Shown here: piece after piece, positions 30,579 to 45,414 of the stretch
Numbering within the stretch: the first letter of the stretch is position 1
Layout of the letters: every line of letters starts with the position of its first letter
Assembly: GCF_009914755.1 (NCBI RefSeq)
Contig: NC_060937.1
Length of the DNA stretch: 64,000 nucleotides
Reading direction: 5' to 3' (one strand)
From: the human T2T-CHM13v2.0 reference genome, Homo sapiens
The notes under the pieces: model-generated
What the model was told of the DNA's origin: nothing
Seen by the model: the letters and a program-made list of their open reading frames with translations, nothing else
Database searches by the model: none
Position numbers and translations under genes: made by a program

Positions 30579-32459
30579 CTTTATTTTTAAAACAGTAGAT
30601 AAGAAAACACATATCATCATATCAAAATGTGTAAGTTGCAACTAAAATAAATACACTTAGCACTAAAAATATATATTATAAATGTAGAAATATCTCAAAT
30701 CAATGACTTCAACTTCCACCTTCAGAAAGTGGGGAAATAAATTAAAAATGAAGCCCAAAGTAGAAGAAGAATGGAAGTAATAAAAATCAGAGTGGAAGTC
30801 AACGAATTAGAGAACGGGAAATAAAAACAGAATCTGGTTTTTTGAGATATTAATAAAATGACTAAATCTCTAGCCAAATTGATTGGGAGAAAAAGTAAGG
30901 AGACTTAAATTGCCATTGTTGAGAATAAGAGACATGAATGATTCCACAAATGTTGAAAGGAAAATAAGGAAATATTATAAACTCACAACTTAGATGAAAT
31001 GGACAAACTATTTGAAAGACACTGGATGCCAAAGCTTAGGGACAAATAGATCATTTACATATCTCTATGCCTTTTAAATGAATTAAATTTGTAGATAAAA
31101 ACTTTCCACAAAGAAAATTCCAAGCCCAGTGGTTTCACCAGTGAATTCTACCATTCATTTACATAAGAAATAGTATCAAATGTACACCATCCCTTCCAGA
31201 AAATTAGGAAGGAGGAAATAATTTCCAACTCTTTCTATGAGGCTAGCATTACTCTGATACCAAAGCCTGACTAAGATGTATTTAAAAAAGTAAACTACAG
31301 ACGAAAATCCCTCATAAACATACATGCAAAAAAGTAAAAAAAAAAAAAAAAAACTTAGCAAAAAGAATCCGATCATCCAATAATAACACAACCACATAAC
31401 CATATAATTAACTTCTAAAAATCAATGCACTGCATCATATTAACAAAATACAGTCAAGCCATATAATTAATATAATTATATAATTAATATAAATAATTAT
31501 CTCAATAGACTCAGAAAAAGCATTTACCTAATCCAATATTTATTCCTGATTAAAAAAAATTCTCCCCAAGCTAGAAATATAAGAGAATTTCTTCAACCTC
31601 ATAAAAGCTGTCTAGGGAAACTCTACTCTTGACATCATACTTGATTATAAAAAACTGAATGCATCCCCCACTAACATCAGGAGTAAGATGAGGACATCCA
31701 CTGTCACTACTTCTACTCAATAACGTACTGCAAGTTCAAACAAGTGCAACAAGACAAAATAAATAAATATGTTACCCAGATTGAACAGGTGGAAGTAAAA
31801 ATGTCTTATGTGCAGATATCATGATTATCTATGGAGAAAATAAAATGAATCTCTAAAAATCCTACTAGAACTAGTGAGTTTAGCAACATTTCAGGATGCA
31901 AGATCAATCATTCTACAGAAATCAATTTATATTCTATATTCTAACAATAGACATTCAGAAATTGAAATGTAAACAAAATGTAATTTATAATACCATAAAA
32001 ATATGATATACTTTGGGATAAATCTGATGAAATATGTATAATACTTATACACTGAAAACTATGAAACTTTGCTGAGAGAACTTAAGACATGGATAAATGA
32101 AGAGATATCCCTCAGGTATAAGTCAGAAATCCCAATACTGTTAACAAGTCAGTTCTCCCCAAGAAAGATCTGTAGATTTAATACAATTCTAATCAAAGAC
32201 TAAGTGGGATTTTTGGTGTTGAAATTGATAAGATCATTCTAAATTTTATATGAAAATGAACAGGACCTACAGTAGCCAAAACAACTTGGAAAAAGAACCA
32301 CATTGGAAGACTAACATAATCTGATTTTAAGATTTATTGCAAACCTCAGTTAATAAGACAGTGTGGTATTGGCAAATAGATACACAATAAATCAATGAAC
32401 AGAATACAGAGTGCACAAATAGACCAAAATCTAGAAGTGGAAAACTGATTTTTGACAGA

Positions 32460-32840
32460 TGTATTAATCAGTTTTCATAATGCTGTAAAGAACTGCCTGA
32501 GACTGGGTAATTTAGAAAGGAAAGAGATTTAATTGACTCACAGTTCAGCATGGCTTTAGAGGCCTCAGGAAACTTGCAATCATGGCAGAAGGTGAAGGGA
32601 AAGCAAGGCACCTTCTTCACAAGGTGGCAGGAAGGAAAAGTGTCCAGCAAAGGGAAAAGAGTCTCTTATAAAATCATCAGATCTCATGAGAACTCATTCA
32701 CTATCAGGAGAATGGCATGGGGGAAATCACACCCATGATTCAGTTACCTCCACCTGGTCTCTCTCTTGACATATGGGGATTATGGGGATTACAATTCAAG
32801 ATGAGATTTAGTTGGAGACACAAAACCTAAACATATCATC
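32460..32840 (-). mobile_element. THE1D-like MaLR solo LTR inserted into L1
   Basis: tgtattaatcagttttc...gcaccttcttcacaagg...aaacatatca; 5-bp TSD ACAGA; L1 ORF2 resumes afterwards. Confidence 0.88.
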
Positions 32841-32973
32841 ACAGAGGAGCAAAGGCAATTCAGCGGGAAGAGAACAGTCTGCAAGAAATGGTGCTGAAAC
32901 AATTGCAGATCCATATGCACAAATGTAAACTTCGATCCACACTTCATGCCATATAAAAACTGACCCCAAAATG

Positions 32974-33131
32974 GGCCAGGCATGGTGGCTCATGCCTGTA
33001 ATCCCAGCACTTTGGGAAGCTAAGACAGGCAGATCACTTGAGGTCAGCAGTTTGAAACCAGCCTGGTCAATATGCCAATACCCCATCTCTACTAAAAATA
33101 CAAAAATTAGCTGGGTGCAGTGGCGGGCACC
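32974..33131 (+). mobile_element. Alu truncated at the start of the right monomer
   Basis: Left monomer and linker, then gggtgcagtggcgggcacc and an abrupt switch to non-Alu sequence. Confidence 0.93.
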
Positions 33132-33659
33132 ATATATATATGATTTCACATAGATATATGTGTGTGTGTGCATCAGAACTTATCAAATTGTACAAGTTAA
33201 ATAGGTACATTGTCAATATTATTGTCAATTACACTTCAACAATGCTGTAAAAAAATTAAAGAAATAATTTCAAGATATCAGCATATTATTGAGGAGAGTA
33301 TTATAACAGTTACTTTAAAACCTTTGCTATTTGTAACATACATAAAAGCAACTGTCTATTTCACCTTTTAAACAGATGATGCACATTGTTTATTTACTTT
33401 GAATTTACTCCAAGAGATAAATATGATGTTTTAACAAACTTAAAATAATCTATTATGTTTACTTTGGGAGACAAATACATTTTTAATTGTAGATTTAATT
33501 ATTCTTAGTTACAGTATAAAAAATAGAGAAAAAATATCTTCAGGACCTTTTATTGGGGATCTTTCTACTTGGAAAAGAAAGCAATCAGCTGGCCTATATT
33601 TATGCGTATTATATTCTATTCCTAAACATAATACAAAGGTGACTGAGTGGCTGACTCAT

Positions 33660-34985
<1,326 letters not shown>

Positions 34986-35284
34986 GAATCAGACGACTCT
35001 AATTTACAAATCAGTTGGTCATTTTGAGGTATATATATATATATATATAACATTTTTAAATCATCAGAAATTTGAGAATTTAAGCATTAATATATTATAA
35101 TTCCTATAATTGATAAATAGTTCATTAAGGATATAAAATATGCAGTACATGAAGAAAATATTTTTAATTTACAGTGTAATAGTCGATGCTATGACTGATG
35201 CTCAGATGAGGATAAACCAACTGAAAGATAGATGAATGAGCTTTGATTATCTGTTCTCTCCGAACTGCTAGGCCTGATATGTAC

Positions 35285-36152
35285 TGTATTAATTATTTAT
35301 TGCTGTGCAATGAGTTACTCCAAAACTTAGCAGCTGAAAGCAGTAACATTCATTATGTCATGCTTTCTGTAGGTCAGGAATCCAGGAATGTTAAGTAGGT
35401 GCTTCTGACTCAGGTTCTCTCATGAGGTTGCAATTAAGGTGTTGATCAAAGCCAGTGTCACTTCAACACTCAACAGGGGAGAACCCACTTCCAAGATCAC
35501 TCACGTAGTTGTTCTCAGGCCTAAAAAAATCCGCTTCCAAACTCAGTCACATGGGCCTCATGACATGGTAGCCAGCTGGCCTCCTTCACAAGAAAGAACT
35601 GGAGAGAGCACCCAAGACATAAGCTACAGTCTTTCTCTCTCTCTCTCTCTTTCTTTTTTTTTTTTTTTTTTTTTTGAGACAGAGTCTCACTCTGTCACCC
35701 AGGCTGGAGTGCAGTGATGTGATCTCGGCTCACTGCAACCCCCACTTCCCGCGTTCAAGGGATTCTCCTGCCTCCTCCCAAGTAGCTGGGATTACAGGCG
35801 TATGCCACCATGCCCAGCTAATTTTTGTGGAAAAAATATATATATATATATATATATATATTTTAGTAGAGACAGGGTTTCACCATGTTGGCCAGGCTGA
35901 TCTTGAACTGCTGACCTCAGATGATCCACCCTCCTCGGCCTCCCAAAGTGCTGGGATTAAAGGCATGAGTCACCGCCCCTGCCACCACAGTCTTTTTATA
36001 AACTAATCTCACAAGCAAAATCCCATCACGCTGTATCCTTTTCATTATGAGGGAATCAACAAGTCTAGACCACATTCAGGAGGAAATGATTACCCAAGAG
36101 CATAAATTAGTATTAGAAGGTAGGGATCATGAAGCTTTTAAAGGCTGCCTAC
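35285..36152. mobile_element. MLT1F-like MaLR LTR interrupted by an Alu
   Basis: tgtattaattatttattgctgtg...ccaaaacttagcagctgaaa...tttctgtaggtcaggaatccagg; ends aaggctgcctaca. Confidence 0.8.
35631..35983 (-). mobile_element. AluS with (CT)n+T tail and (TA)n-expanded linker
   Basis: Alu sequence; flanking repeat acagtcttt on both sides. Confidence 0.96.
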
Positions 36153-38805
36153 ATATGCACATAGAGCCCCTCAAATTCCATTTTTAGAAGGCAAGATTTA
36201 AATAATAATTTCCATGCTTAATTGTTTTTAATTAAAACTGCATCAGATGCCATTATTGCATTTAATAATATAAATCCCCAAAACAATTTTCAAACTTCTG
36301 TAGGTTGGAAAAATCTGGACACTAGGTTTACATGCACACCCAAAATTCTAGAGCAAGTATTTAATCCAGGGATGATTGAAGCAGGCAATGTGATTTAAAG
36401 CTACCAAGTAAAAACTCTTGCCAAAAAATTTTATCTCTGATAATAACTAAACTTTCTTACATATTCATTTTATTTAGTATGAAAGATCCATTTTCAAGAG
36501 TCATTTATTTCATCAATTAATTACCCTTAAGTATCTAGCAGTAGCCAAGTTTAAAGATACTAAAACCATCATCCCTGCCCTCAAGAGCTAAAATTTAGTT
36601 GAAATTAATACAAGTAATCCCAAGAGTGAGAGGGTCCCCCAAATGATTTTGGTGAAGCAGTTCTTTCTGCTTAAGAAAATCAGTGGCTAGAACATTTACT
36701 AAATATATATCTTAAATAATTGAAAAATAACTCCTCTACATCTCCATTCTTCCTGGAATGACACTGAATTGGATTATGAAAAGAGAAAAGAATTCCTCTA
36801 AAATAACATTTCTATTTCCATTGACTTTTCAGCAGGAGCAGCAGGCTGCCCTCACCACCTGGCTCACGAACAAACATGAGCTAACTCACGACTGTTCTAC
36901 CATCACAATCTTCAGTTACACAGAATGCCAAAAAAGCCAGCAACATCACTTTGTTGCCTTTCTTTCTTCCTTCCTTCTTTCCTTTATTTCTAAGCAAGCA
37001 GAAAAAGAAAATGTCTTTATCAAGGCTGGTCAGTAAAAAAACCAGAAGGTACACATTGCATTTCTTATTGTGTACATGTGAGTCTACTCACACATTGGCA
37101 TATGAATTTATTGTTCTGATCAAATAAGCTAATTACGATGGAAACATCATGCGGGTATATGCCAATGACCTCTAAAACATACAGCCAGTTTAGAGTGCTG
37201 TGAAAAAAAGATCCTGAAGCAACTGAGATTTCTGATCACTAACTGCAAGTTCTGCATCAAAGGGACATCGAATCTGGGGCTGAAAGGCCAGGTGTGCGAG
37301 CAGATGGAAAGGGGATGAGGCAAGAGAGATGGAAGTTAACATCTGTAAAAGTGATTTATTCACACGCACACATGCATATGCACACACACACAAATGCACA
37401 TACACAAAATGTCTTCTTGAAAATCAGAATAAGGAGAGAAGAACAATCATGTATATCTTTGGACATGAATGTCTCCAACAGGGATCCAGTGATTCTCTTT
37501 AAAGAACTACTCCACCTGTTTGCTTTGTGTAGAATCATTAAAATACTGACTGATACAGAAGACACTGAAAATTAGACTTGTTTTCATAAAACTTTCCAAT
37601 ATAAGATTTACATAATCCCAACTAAGTACTTATTCCATGATATAATAACACAAGTACATCCTCTTTCATTGACTCCTACATTACATAGACTCACTAGTAT
37701 TTGCATTTTAATTAGAATAGTATCTGTAAAATTTTCTCCTTACCATTTTAAAGAGTTTATCTAACATTTCCAGACAAAAAATGAATCCACTTTTTGAGAG
37801 AAAGTAAAATAAAAAAATAAACTCATTATTTGTGGAATTGAAGCAGAATTAAAACAACGTTACATCAATTATCTGACCAGGATACTAACTTTCATTTGCT
37901 ACTTCGCACATGTAGTGTGTCTGTTTTCTAAAATGTCAAATAAAAAAATAATCAAGTACTGAAAGAGCCTATCTCATTGGAGTTTGTGAAAAATCATGGA
38001 ATTTAAGTTCGAAGGAATGTAATTAGCTTGCTTGGAATTTGGCTAGTTCAGCTGAGTTAACACCATCGTTCTTTCAAAAATGTGCCACGAGACCCATAAG
38101 CTTAGGGAATACAATAGCTACTCATGACCTCAAGGACAAATTGCTTCAAGAAAGGGTCTCTTCAAGTCAGATGCAATCCCTTGTCTAATGCACATTACCA
38201 GTCATCAGTTATAGGCCAGTGGAAAGAATAGTTTTCATCTCATTTGCCAAAAACTCCTGCTGCAATAAATCAGCAAAAATGTACTGAGTGCATTGTGTGA
38301 AGAAAGCCTAATCTATTGTGCAATGGGGTTTGCTCATATGGGGTTGCTGAAGTAAACTCAGCATTACTGCAAATCCTGCTTAAAATCCCTTACTCTAAGC
38401 TACACGTGCAGAAACTCTGTAACCCTTAATATTTCACCCAATCAGAATTTCTAAACTGTTCCTTTCTTTCCAATCATTTTGTCCTACAAATTAATGCTTT
38501 TTGTTAACCTATATATTACAGCATTTAAAAACTATTAAATTTTCTGTAGTTAACCTTGGCTGGATTATTAAAAGCATTCCTGTGACTCTGAATGCTGTCT
38601 TTGGGCCTCAAGCTTGGATCTTTTTATGCACTTGTAAGTTTAAGGCTGAAGTGAGTACAGGGCTCAACTCTGCATTTGAAAAGCCTGTCTATGACTCTAT
38701 AACCAGGAGTTTTTAATCTGCGGTTTTCCAGGTATCCATTAACCCTTGACATTTTAAGCAAAACTTGACTGGGCTCGTGTACATTTTCTACAAAAAGAGC
38801 TATCA

Positions 38806-39545
38806 TGTAATCAAAAACTTGTCTGATCTTTATCCTAGGTTACTGGCATGGAGCTTCTATCCCTGGAATTTCCCAAGTGATAGTAGTATATTTGTTATTT
38901 GTGAGTCCCTTGGATCACATCTCAGTTTATAATAATGAGAGGACTCAGGATGAGGGCTGGCCACCAGAGAGACAAAGCACATGACTGCAGGGTTGAGGCT
39001 TGGGCCAGCCTAACCTCTGTGGAGGAACAGAGGGATAGAGATGAGTTCAAACACATGACCAATGAGTCAATCAATCATGCTTATGTAATGAAACCCCCCA
39101 AATAATACAGGACACCAAGATGTAGGCGAGTTTCCTGGTTGGTAAACACACTGATACATCGATTGGTGGGGAGAGGGAGCAAGGGGGTGACATTCCCTGA
39201 CTCCATGAGGAAAGGACAATGTAAACTCTGTGAAACTCTCCCAGATCCCGTGGTAAATGTCTCTTCTTTTGACTGGCTCTCAACTGTAAATTTTATAATA
39301 AAACTGTAATTGTTAGTGCTTTCCTGAATTCTATGAGTTATCCTAGTGAATGATCAAACCTGACTGGGTTGTGGGAATCTCCAAATTTTTAAACAGTTGG
39401 TCAGAAGTGCAGGTAGCCTGGGGACGTGCAGCCTGCAACTGGCATCTAAAGTGAGGACACTCCTGTGTGGGTGGGGCTCTTACCTGTGGAGTTGGATGCC
39501 AAGCCTAGGTAGTTAGCATCAGAATTGCACTGTAGCACACTCAAG
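38806..39545. mobile_element. MER21C-like LTR
   Basis: tcaatcaatcatgcttatgtaatgaaacccc...tttcctggttggtaaacacactgat...tggtcagaagtgcaggt. Confidence 0.8.
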
Positions 39546-40099
39546 GTCCATACCTGTTGTCAGATCTTCAAAGAACTTTTTGACCCAAATACTTACAGCA
39601 ACTGTTCTATAGAGTCCTAAGCAAAGAATTTTTCAAATGAAACAAAAGTTCTTAAAAAGAGAACCAAGAAAGCCACATTAGCAATAAAGAACAGTCAGGT
39701 GGCTTCTGTTAACTTGAAAAAAAAAAAAAGATGGCTGTGTAAATTATCAGACACTTTAGATGCTTAAAAGGCAGAACAAGTCTTAAATCCTCTCATACTC
39801 TAAACTTAATACAACCACAAACAAGGAGGTACAGAGACAGAAAAAAACCTCAGTACCTAACTCCTGATCTTCTCTACCCAACACATTCTTCCCACCCCTG
39901 TTCTCTCCACCCTACTCTATCGCTTGCTCTTTCACAGTCTTCCCCATGAAATGGTAACACCATTCTCCAGTTGTTCAGGCCATCAACCTTGGAGTTCTCT
40001 TAGATTCCTCTACAATTCCTCTATTTTTCTCATACTCCCTAAAATATCAACAAATCCTTCAAAATGTGTTCCAAAAAAAGGTGACGTTACTTTTGATGG

Positions 40100-40900
40100 C
40101 AGTGGTTCTAAAATTGTGGTCCATGAACCCCTGGGAGTCTCCAAGATCTTTTCATGGGGTCCACAAAGTGTTCATTAAAGAGAGTCCAGCAAAGCGAAGC
40201 TGTGACTTCAAGAAAAAAAAAAAAACTTCATAATACTGAAATATTAATTGACTTTTTCACCACGTTGACATTTGCAGTAATGGCAAAAAGACAATGATAG
40301 ATGAAGCTGTTGGGGTTTTAGCATATATCAAGGTAATGAATGGCACCTTGTTGCAATGGAACTGTCTTGGTCCATTTTGTGCTGCTGTAACAAAATACCT
40401 GAGACTGGGTAATTTATAAAGGACAGAAATTTATTTTCTTACAACTCTGGAGACTGGGAAGTTTAAAATCAAGGTACTGATCGGTTTGCTTGTCTGGCGA
40501 GGGCTACTTTCTGCTTCTAAGATGGTACCTTATTGCTGCATCATCAGGCGGCGGGTGATGTGGTGTCCTCACATGGGAGAAAGCAGAAGGGCAAGCCAGC
40601 CAAATGCTATATGCAGCCTCTTTTATAAAAGTCTTAATCCCATTCACAAGGGAGGTGATTTTATGACCTAATCACCTCTTACAGGACATACCTGTTAATA
40701 CTATCACATTAGCAGCATCTGAATTTTGGAGAGTACACATTCAAACATAGCATGCACCAAATTGTACTTGTGATCTTGTAATCCTCAGTGCCACACACTG
40801 AGGGATGGAGACAGGAGAAGAAAAAGATGCCAGTTTCACTTAAGAATGTCCCTAATAAAACAGTACTGATTTTTTACTTTATTAAATATCAACCTTTTGG
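40100..40900 (+). mobile_element. Charlie1-like hAT transposon fragment, interrupted by an MST LTR
   Basis: cagtggttctaaaattgtggtcc...gttgacatttgcagtaatggc...gccagtttcacttaagaatgtcc. Confidence 0.75.
40363..40752 (-). mobile_element. MSTC/MSTD MaLR solo LTR
   Basis: tgtcttggtccattttgtgctgctgtaacaaaatacctgagactgggtaattt...cattcaaacatagca. Confidence 0.85.
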
Positions 40901-40958
40901 AGAGACCCTTGATTCACACTAACCTATGCTCTGTGACTCCTTAGGACAATCCCTAGAG

Positions 40959-41178
40959 CAGTGCTGTTCAAGCTTTCTGCAAAGAGAAATGATCCATCTC
41001 TGTACTGTCCAATATGACAACTACTAGCCAAGTGTGTCTATTTAGCTCTTGAAATTCACTAGCTACCACAACTGAATTTATTTTATTTCATCTTAAATTA
41101 TTAAATTTGTTTATTTTGTTTAAATAATTCAAATAGCCACATTTGTCTAGTGGCTACCCTGTCAGGCAATGTAACCTT
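40959..41178. mobile_element. MER3-like hAT element
   Basis: ctgtccaatatgacaactactagcca...aatagccacatttgtctagtggctacc. Confidence 0.75.
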
Positions 41179-42519
41179 AGAATTCTAGATCAGCCCCACT
41201 CTTCAGATCCTTGAGAATGTCTAGTCCAGGACCACTGAGGTCTTTCTCCACCTCCCTCAACTCACCTCAGACATTAACTCAAAACGTTTTACAATGCAAA
41301 GGCCATCTGCCTTTTAACAGTGGACTTCGAAGCACCATTACTGATTCAAGGACAAGGGGAACAAGGAGCCCCCTACACAAAAAACAAAAAAAAAGTCCTC
41401 TATTTCCAAACACTTGTAAAGCCAGAGTTGTAATTAGGAATAAAAACTTTTAACTTCCTCCATGTCCATGACTTTATTTTTCTTTCAATTTATATTTGCA
41501 TGAACTGATTGACCATTATCTACACCAGGAAAGGCATCTGGTTTATTACCTCTAAATCACTCTGCCTTTTGTTAAAGCAACTGACCCTTTCTCTCTAATA
41601 TTGATGTTTTGATGGATAAATTATTACCACTTTTCCAAAGTTAAAGAGAATTGATCCAAACATTTTAAATGTAAAACTCCATATGTATGGCCATTGGACT
41701 GGAGAGATGAAGTGTCTATACAATTAAAAATGAATTTACCAGAGGTCATCTAAAGTTGCATTCAGATATTCAGACTAAATTCAGGGACATATCTTTGCAA
41801 GTAATTTAAACCATACCATAAAGTTGTAGCTTATAGTTATAGATGTACATATACATCCATATAAGTAGAGGAAACTAAACAAAGAATCCTAAAAATTTTG
41901 TATAATAAATGATACAAATATAAAGAAAAATCATGAGATGAGGAGGCCTGCATGTCTTTAAAAAAGAAAAACAATCCCCACAAACATACAGAAGCTGGGT
42001 ATGCTAATGAAATAGAGATGATGTAGTAAAATAGCATATTATCTTCACCCACTGATTACTGAATTAACCAATATTTAAGATAATCCAAAATAGTGGGGGA
42101 TCGGTTATCTAGTCAGCACTGTATCCCACTACTTCCCTGGAGGTTCACTGCTACTCTAGCTACCACCACTGCCATACCCACTGGGAGCTCTCTTCTGACC
42201 CCAAAGGCCTGTTACTTGTCTTCCCTGAAACTACAACTTCTGAGTCAATTTACTAATCTGCATGTTCTCTGGAAGCAAAAGTCACAAACAAGGGAGCATA
42301 TTAGGAAGGAATATAAGGGCAGGAAACATTGTTAGTTGGGCTGAGGCCCTCTAGGGTCTTACAAGCTAGCAGGAGACTCTCCTTAAAGGAATGTCTTTGA
42401 AATGTCTTTGCAGCAAAAAAGTCCTTGTGCATAGCAACCAGATGTGTGCTTCTATTTCTCTATCACCGATCCACTGGCTTCATGAGCTTTTACTGAGCTC
42501 TTTTATGAAAAAGCAGCTT

Positions 42520-42680
42520 CACCTGCACCAATGTCTTTTGCGTCTCACAATAACCCCAGGTGGTAGTAATGCTACTCCCATTTTACAGAAGCATATGGAG
42601 TCTAAGAAACACGCCTGAAGCCCCCAAGCTGGTAAATGGTGGAGTCGGTTCACAGAGCAACTGACTCCAAGGTGACCTGG
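42520..42680. mobile_element. MIR fragment
   Basis: ctcacaataacccc...ctcccattttacagaag. Confidence 0.6.
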
Positions 42681-44415
42681 AAACTTCTATCCTCCTCCAT
42701 GCGGATGATCTCACCACACAGAGAGTACACATGAAGGTCATTAGGAGTTATCTAAATATCGTGCCTCATTGCCTCCTACCTCACAGTCTCCCTGAGTGCA
42801 GAGAAGAACAGCTGGGTTAATTCCTAGGCAGCAACACCCAGGAGAGCTTTCAACATAAGTCTAATTTCATGTGAAAATGCTACAAGATCACTTACAATGG
42901 AGACATCCCCCAAAGGAATCCATCTTAAAGGGAACACACCAGCAAATTATATTCATACTTAAGGAAAGAGGCCTTGAACAGACACACCCTAAAATATGCC
43001 ATTGCATTTCTTTGGAATATGTTCAGGAGGTGAAAATAACCGAAGAAATTGGCCAGCTTTCCTTATCACACAATATTCCTAACCATCTGCTGCATGCGTT
43101 TATGAAGACAGGGCTCGGTGCTTAAAATTCTCATCAAAGAAAATGTGAATAACCAGTTTACAACCTGTGAGAAAAAGGGAAAGGATGCCTCCTTCCCATT
43201 GCCACAAGTTCAGAATCACAGCTAACATGTGTAGTTGTGGGTGGCTGTGCTTGTTTCTTAAAAGAAGATAATTGCACACACCACCAAATAACAAAACAAA
43301 AGGGGAAAATGTGTGTGGGAGGTGGGAGTGAGATGTTAGAATAATTTAATTACTGTCAGGTGGTTTTCAAGCTGTACTTGGGGAAAAAAAGCTTTGAACA
43401 TGATCTATTACACAGAAAACAAATTGAGCTTCTATTTCAGCTCATTTTTATCAAATGATCTTAAAAGTTTTAAGAATTGGACAAACTTTAGGTTGACACA
43501 GAAATCAGTTCCTATTTGCTCCAAACACAAAGCTCATGACTTCAAAGTCTCAAGTTCAATTCAGGCTTTCAAGGGCAATAACTTTCACTCAGTTCCATGA
43601 CTCCTAGCTGCATATTACACACTGGATCACTAGCTATTCTCTAGGCTATCACAACCACCACACTATCATAACTCACTAATAACATGTGGCCCAGAGTTGC
43701 AGTAGAGACTCTGAAAATTCGTTATGTATTTGTGTGAGGCGACAAGCTTTTGGAAGGAGGGAAGCCCATCTTACAGGGGTAATAAGGAAAGTCTAAGTGG
43801 TCACTACAACAGGAAAGAGAGGCTTTTTAAAAAGGGGGAGATGGGGAAAATGATGTGTCTCCTTACAGCATAACTAGGACCTGTAGGCTGTGCCCCACTT
43901 TAGTGGCTTTGGGCTTGGAGGATGGTGCTGAAATATACCACAGGTAAAGCAAGCGGCAGGCTTAGTCTGAGCCCTGCGCTGAAGAGAGGCAACAGATAAC
44001 GTGGTACCCAAGGTACCTCATGAGGTCCCCCAGCTATGAGAGTGCAGAGGCCAGAACACTGGGAGGAGAGATCCTGTGTGCTGGAGAAACACATAGCTAT
44101 GAGCCTCTGCAATGAGAGTAGTCCATGCTCTGGTGGTAGCTGGGCCAATATCAGTTTTACCTGACAGTTCCATGCCAATGATGTAAGTTGCAACGACAAC
44201 AATGCAGTGGAGAACTCAGGAATTTATACCCTAGAATAACAAGGACCTGCTCTAGAAAGCAGTGATGTGTATTGGTAACTTGGGCCGTTCAGGACAGGCT
44301 TCAGCCAAAGGTCGGTTCAAATCATCTTTGGAATGACTGCCACACAGGCTAGCTGAAAGAGTCCTCAATCTGGGAATAATGGCTTGATGGACCACCCAAT
44401 TCTCCCCATGGCCTC

Positions 44416-44778
44416 TGTATTAGTCTGTTTTCATGCTGTTGATAAAGACATACCCAAGATTAGATAATTTATAAAGAAAAAGAGGTTTAATGGACTCACA
44501 GTTCCAGGTGGCTGGGGAGGCCTCACAATCACGATAGAAGACGAAAGTCACGTTGTACATGATGGCAGGCAAAGAGAGAGTGAGAACCAAGAAAAAGGAG
44601 TTTCCCCTTATGAAACCATCAGATCTCATGAGACTTACTCTTTACCACTAGAACAGTATAGGGGAAAACACCCCCATGATGAAATTATCTCCCACTGGGT
44701 CCCTCCCACAACACATGGGAATTATGGGAGCTACAATTTAAGATGAGATTTGGGTGCGGACACAGCCAAACCATATCA
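44416..44778 (-). mobile_element. THE1B-like MaLR solo LTR
   Basis: tgtattagtctgttttcatgctg...gacacagccaaaccatatca; perfect 5-bp TSD GCCTC (44411-44415 and 44779-44783). Confidence 0.93.
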
Positions 44779-45414
44779 GCCTCTCCACCACCCTCTCCAC
44801 AATCTCACTCCCCAGCTTTGCCTCTGAACTTGGAACCATTTGAAGATTAAATATGTAAGTACTATGTGAAATGTAATAAATACACTACCATTGTTAGCTA
44901 TCAACATGGTCACAAATATTGATGTTAACTATGAAAGTGTTGAAGTGATATCACATAACCAGTTAGAATACTAAGGTCTGTGAGCATCTCAAAATGAATA
45001 GAAGATTACAACTGTCATCTTCACACAGTACAGAGATAATTATAGGTTAATAAAAGACAATAACTATTATACCATTACACTTACTAAAAGCCAAATGGCA
45101 CTGTTTGTGAAGCATTGGATTAAAGCTATTAGATCATTGGCTTCATCTTTGCTTTTTATTTTTTTCTTTTTGTTTTTGTTTTTAATTTTTATTTTTTTAA
45201 TTTTATTTTTCCATAAGTTATTGAGGTATAGGTGGTATTTGGTTACGTGAGTAAGTTCTTCAGAGGTGATCTGTGAGCTTTTAGTGCACCCATCACCCAA
45301 GCAGTATACACTACACCATATTTGTAGTCTTTTATCCCTCGCCCCCGCTCCTACTCTTCCCCTCAAGTCCTCAAAGTCCATTGTATAATTCTTATGCCTC
45401 TGCATCCTCATAGC

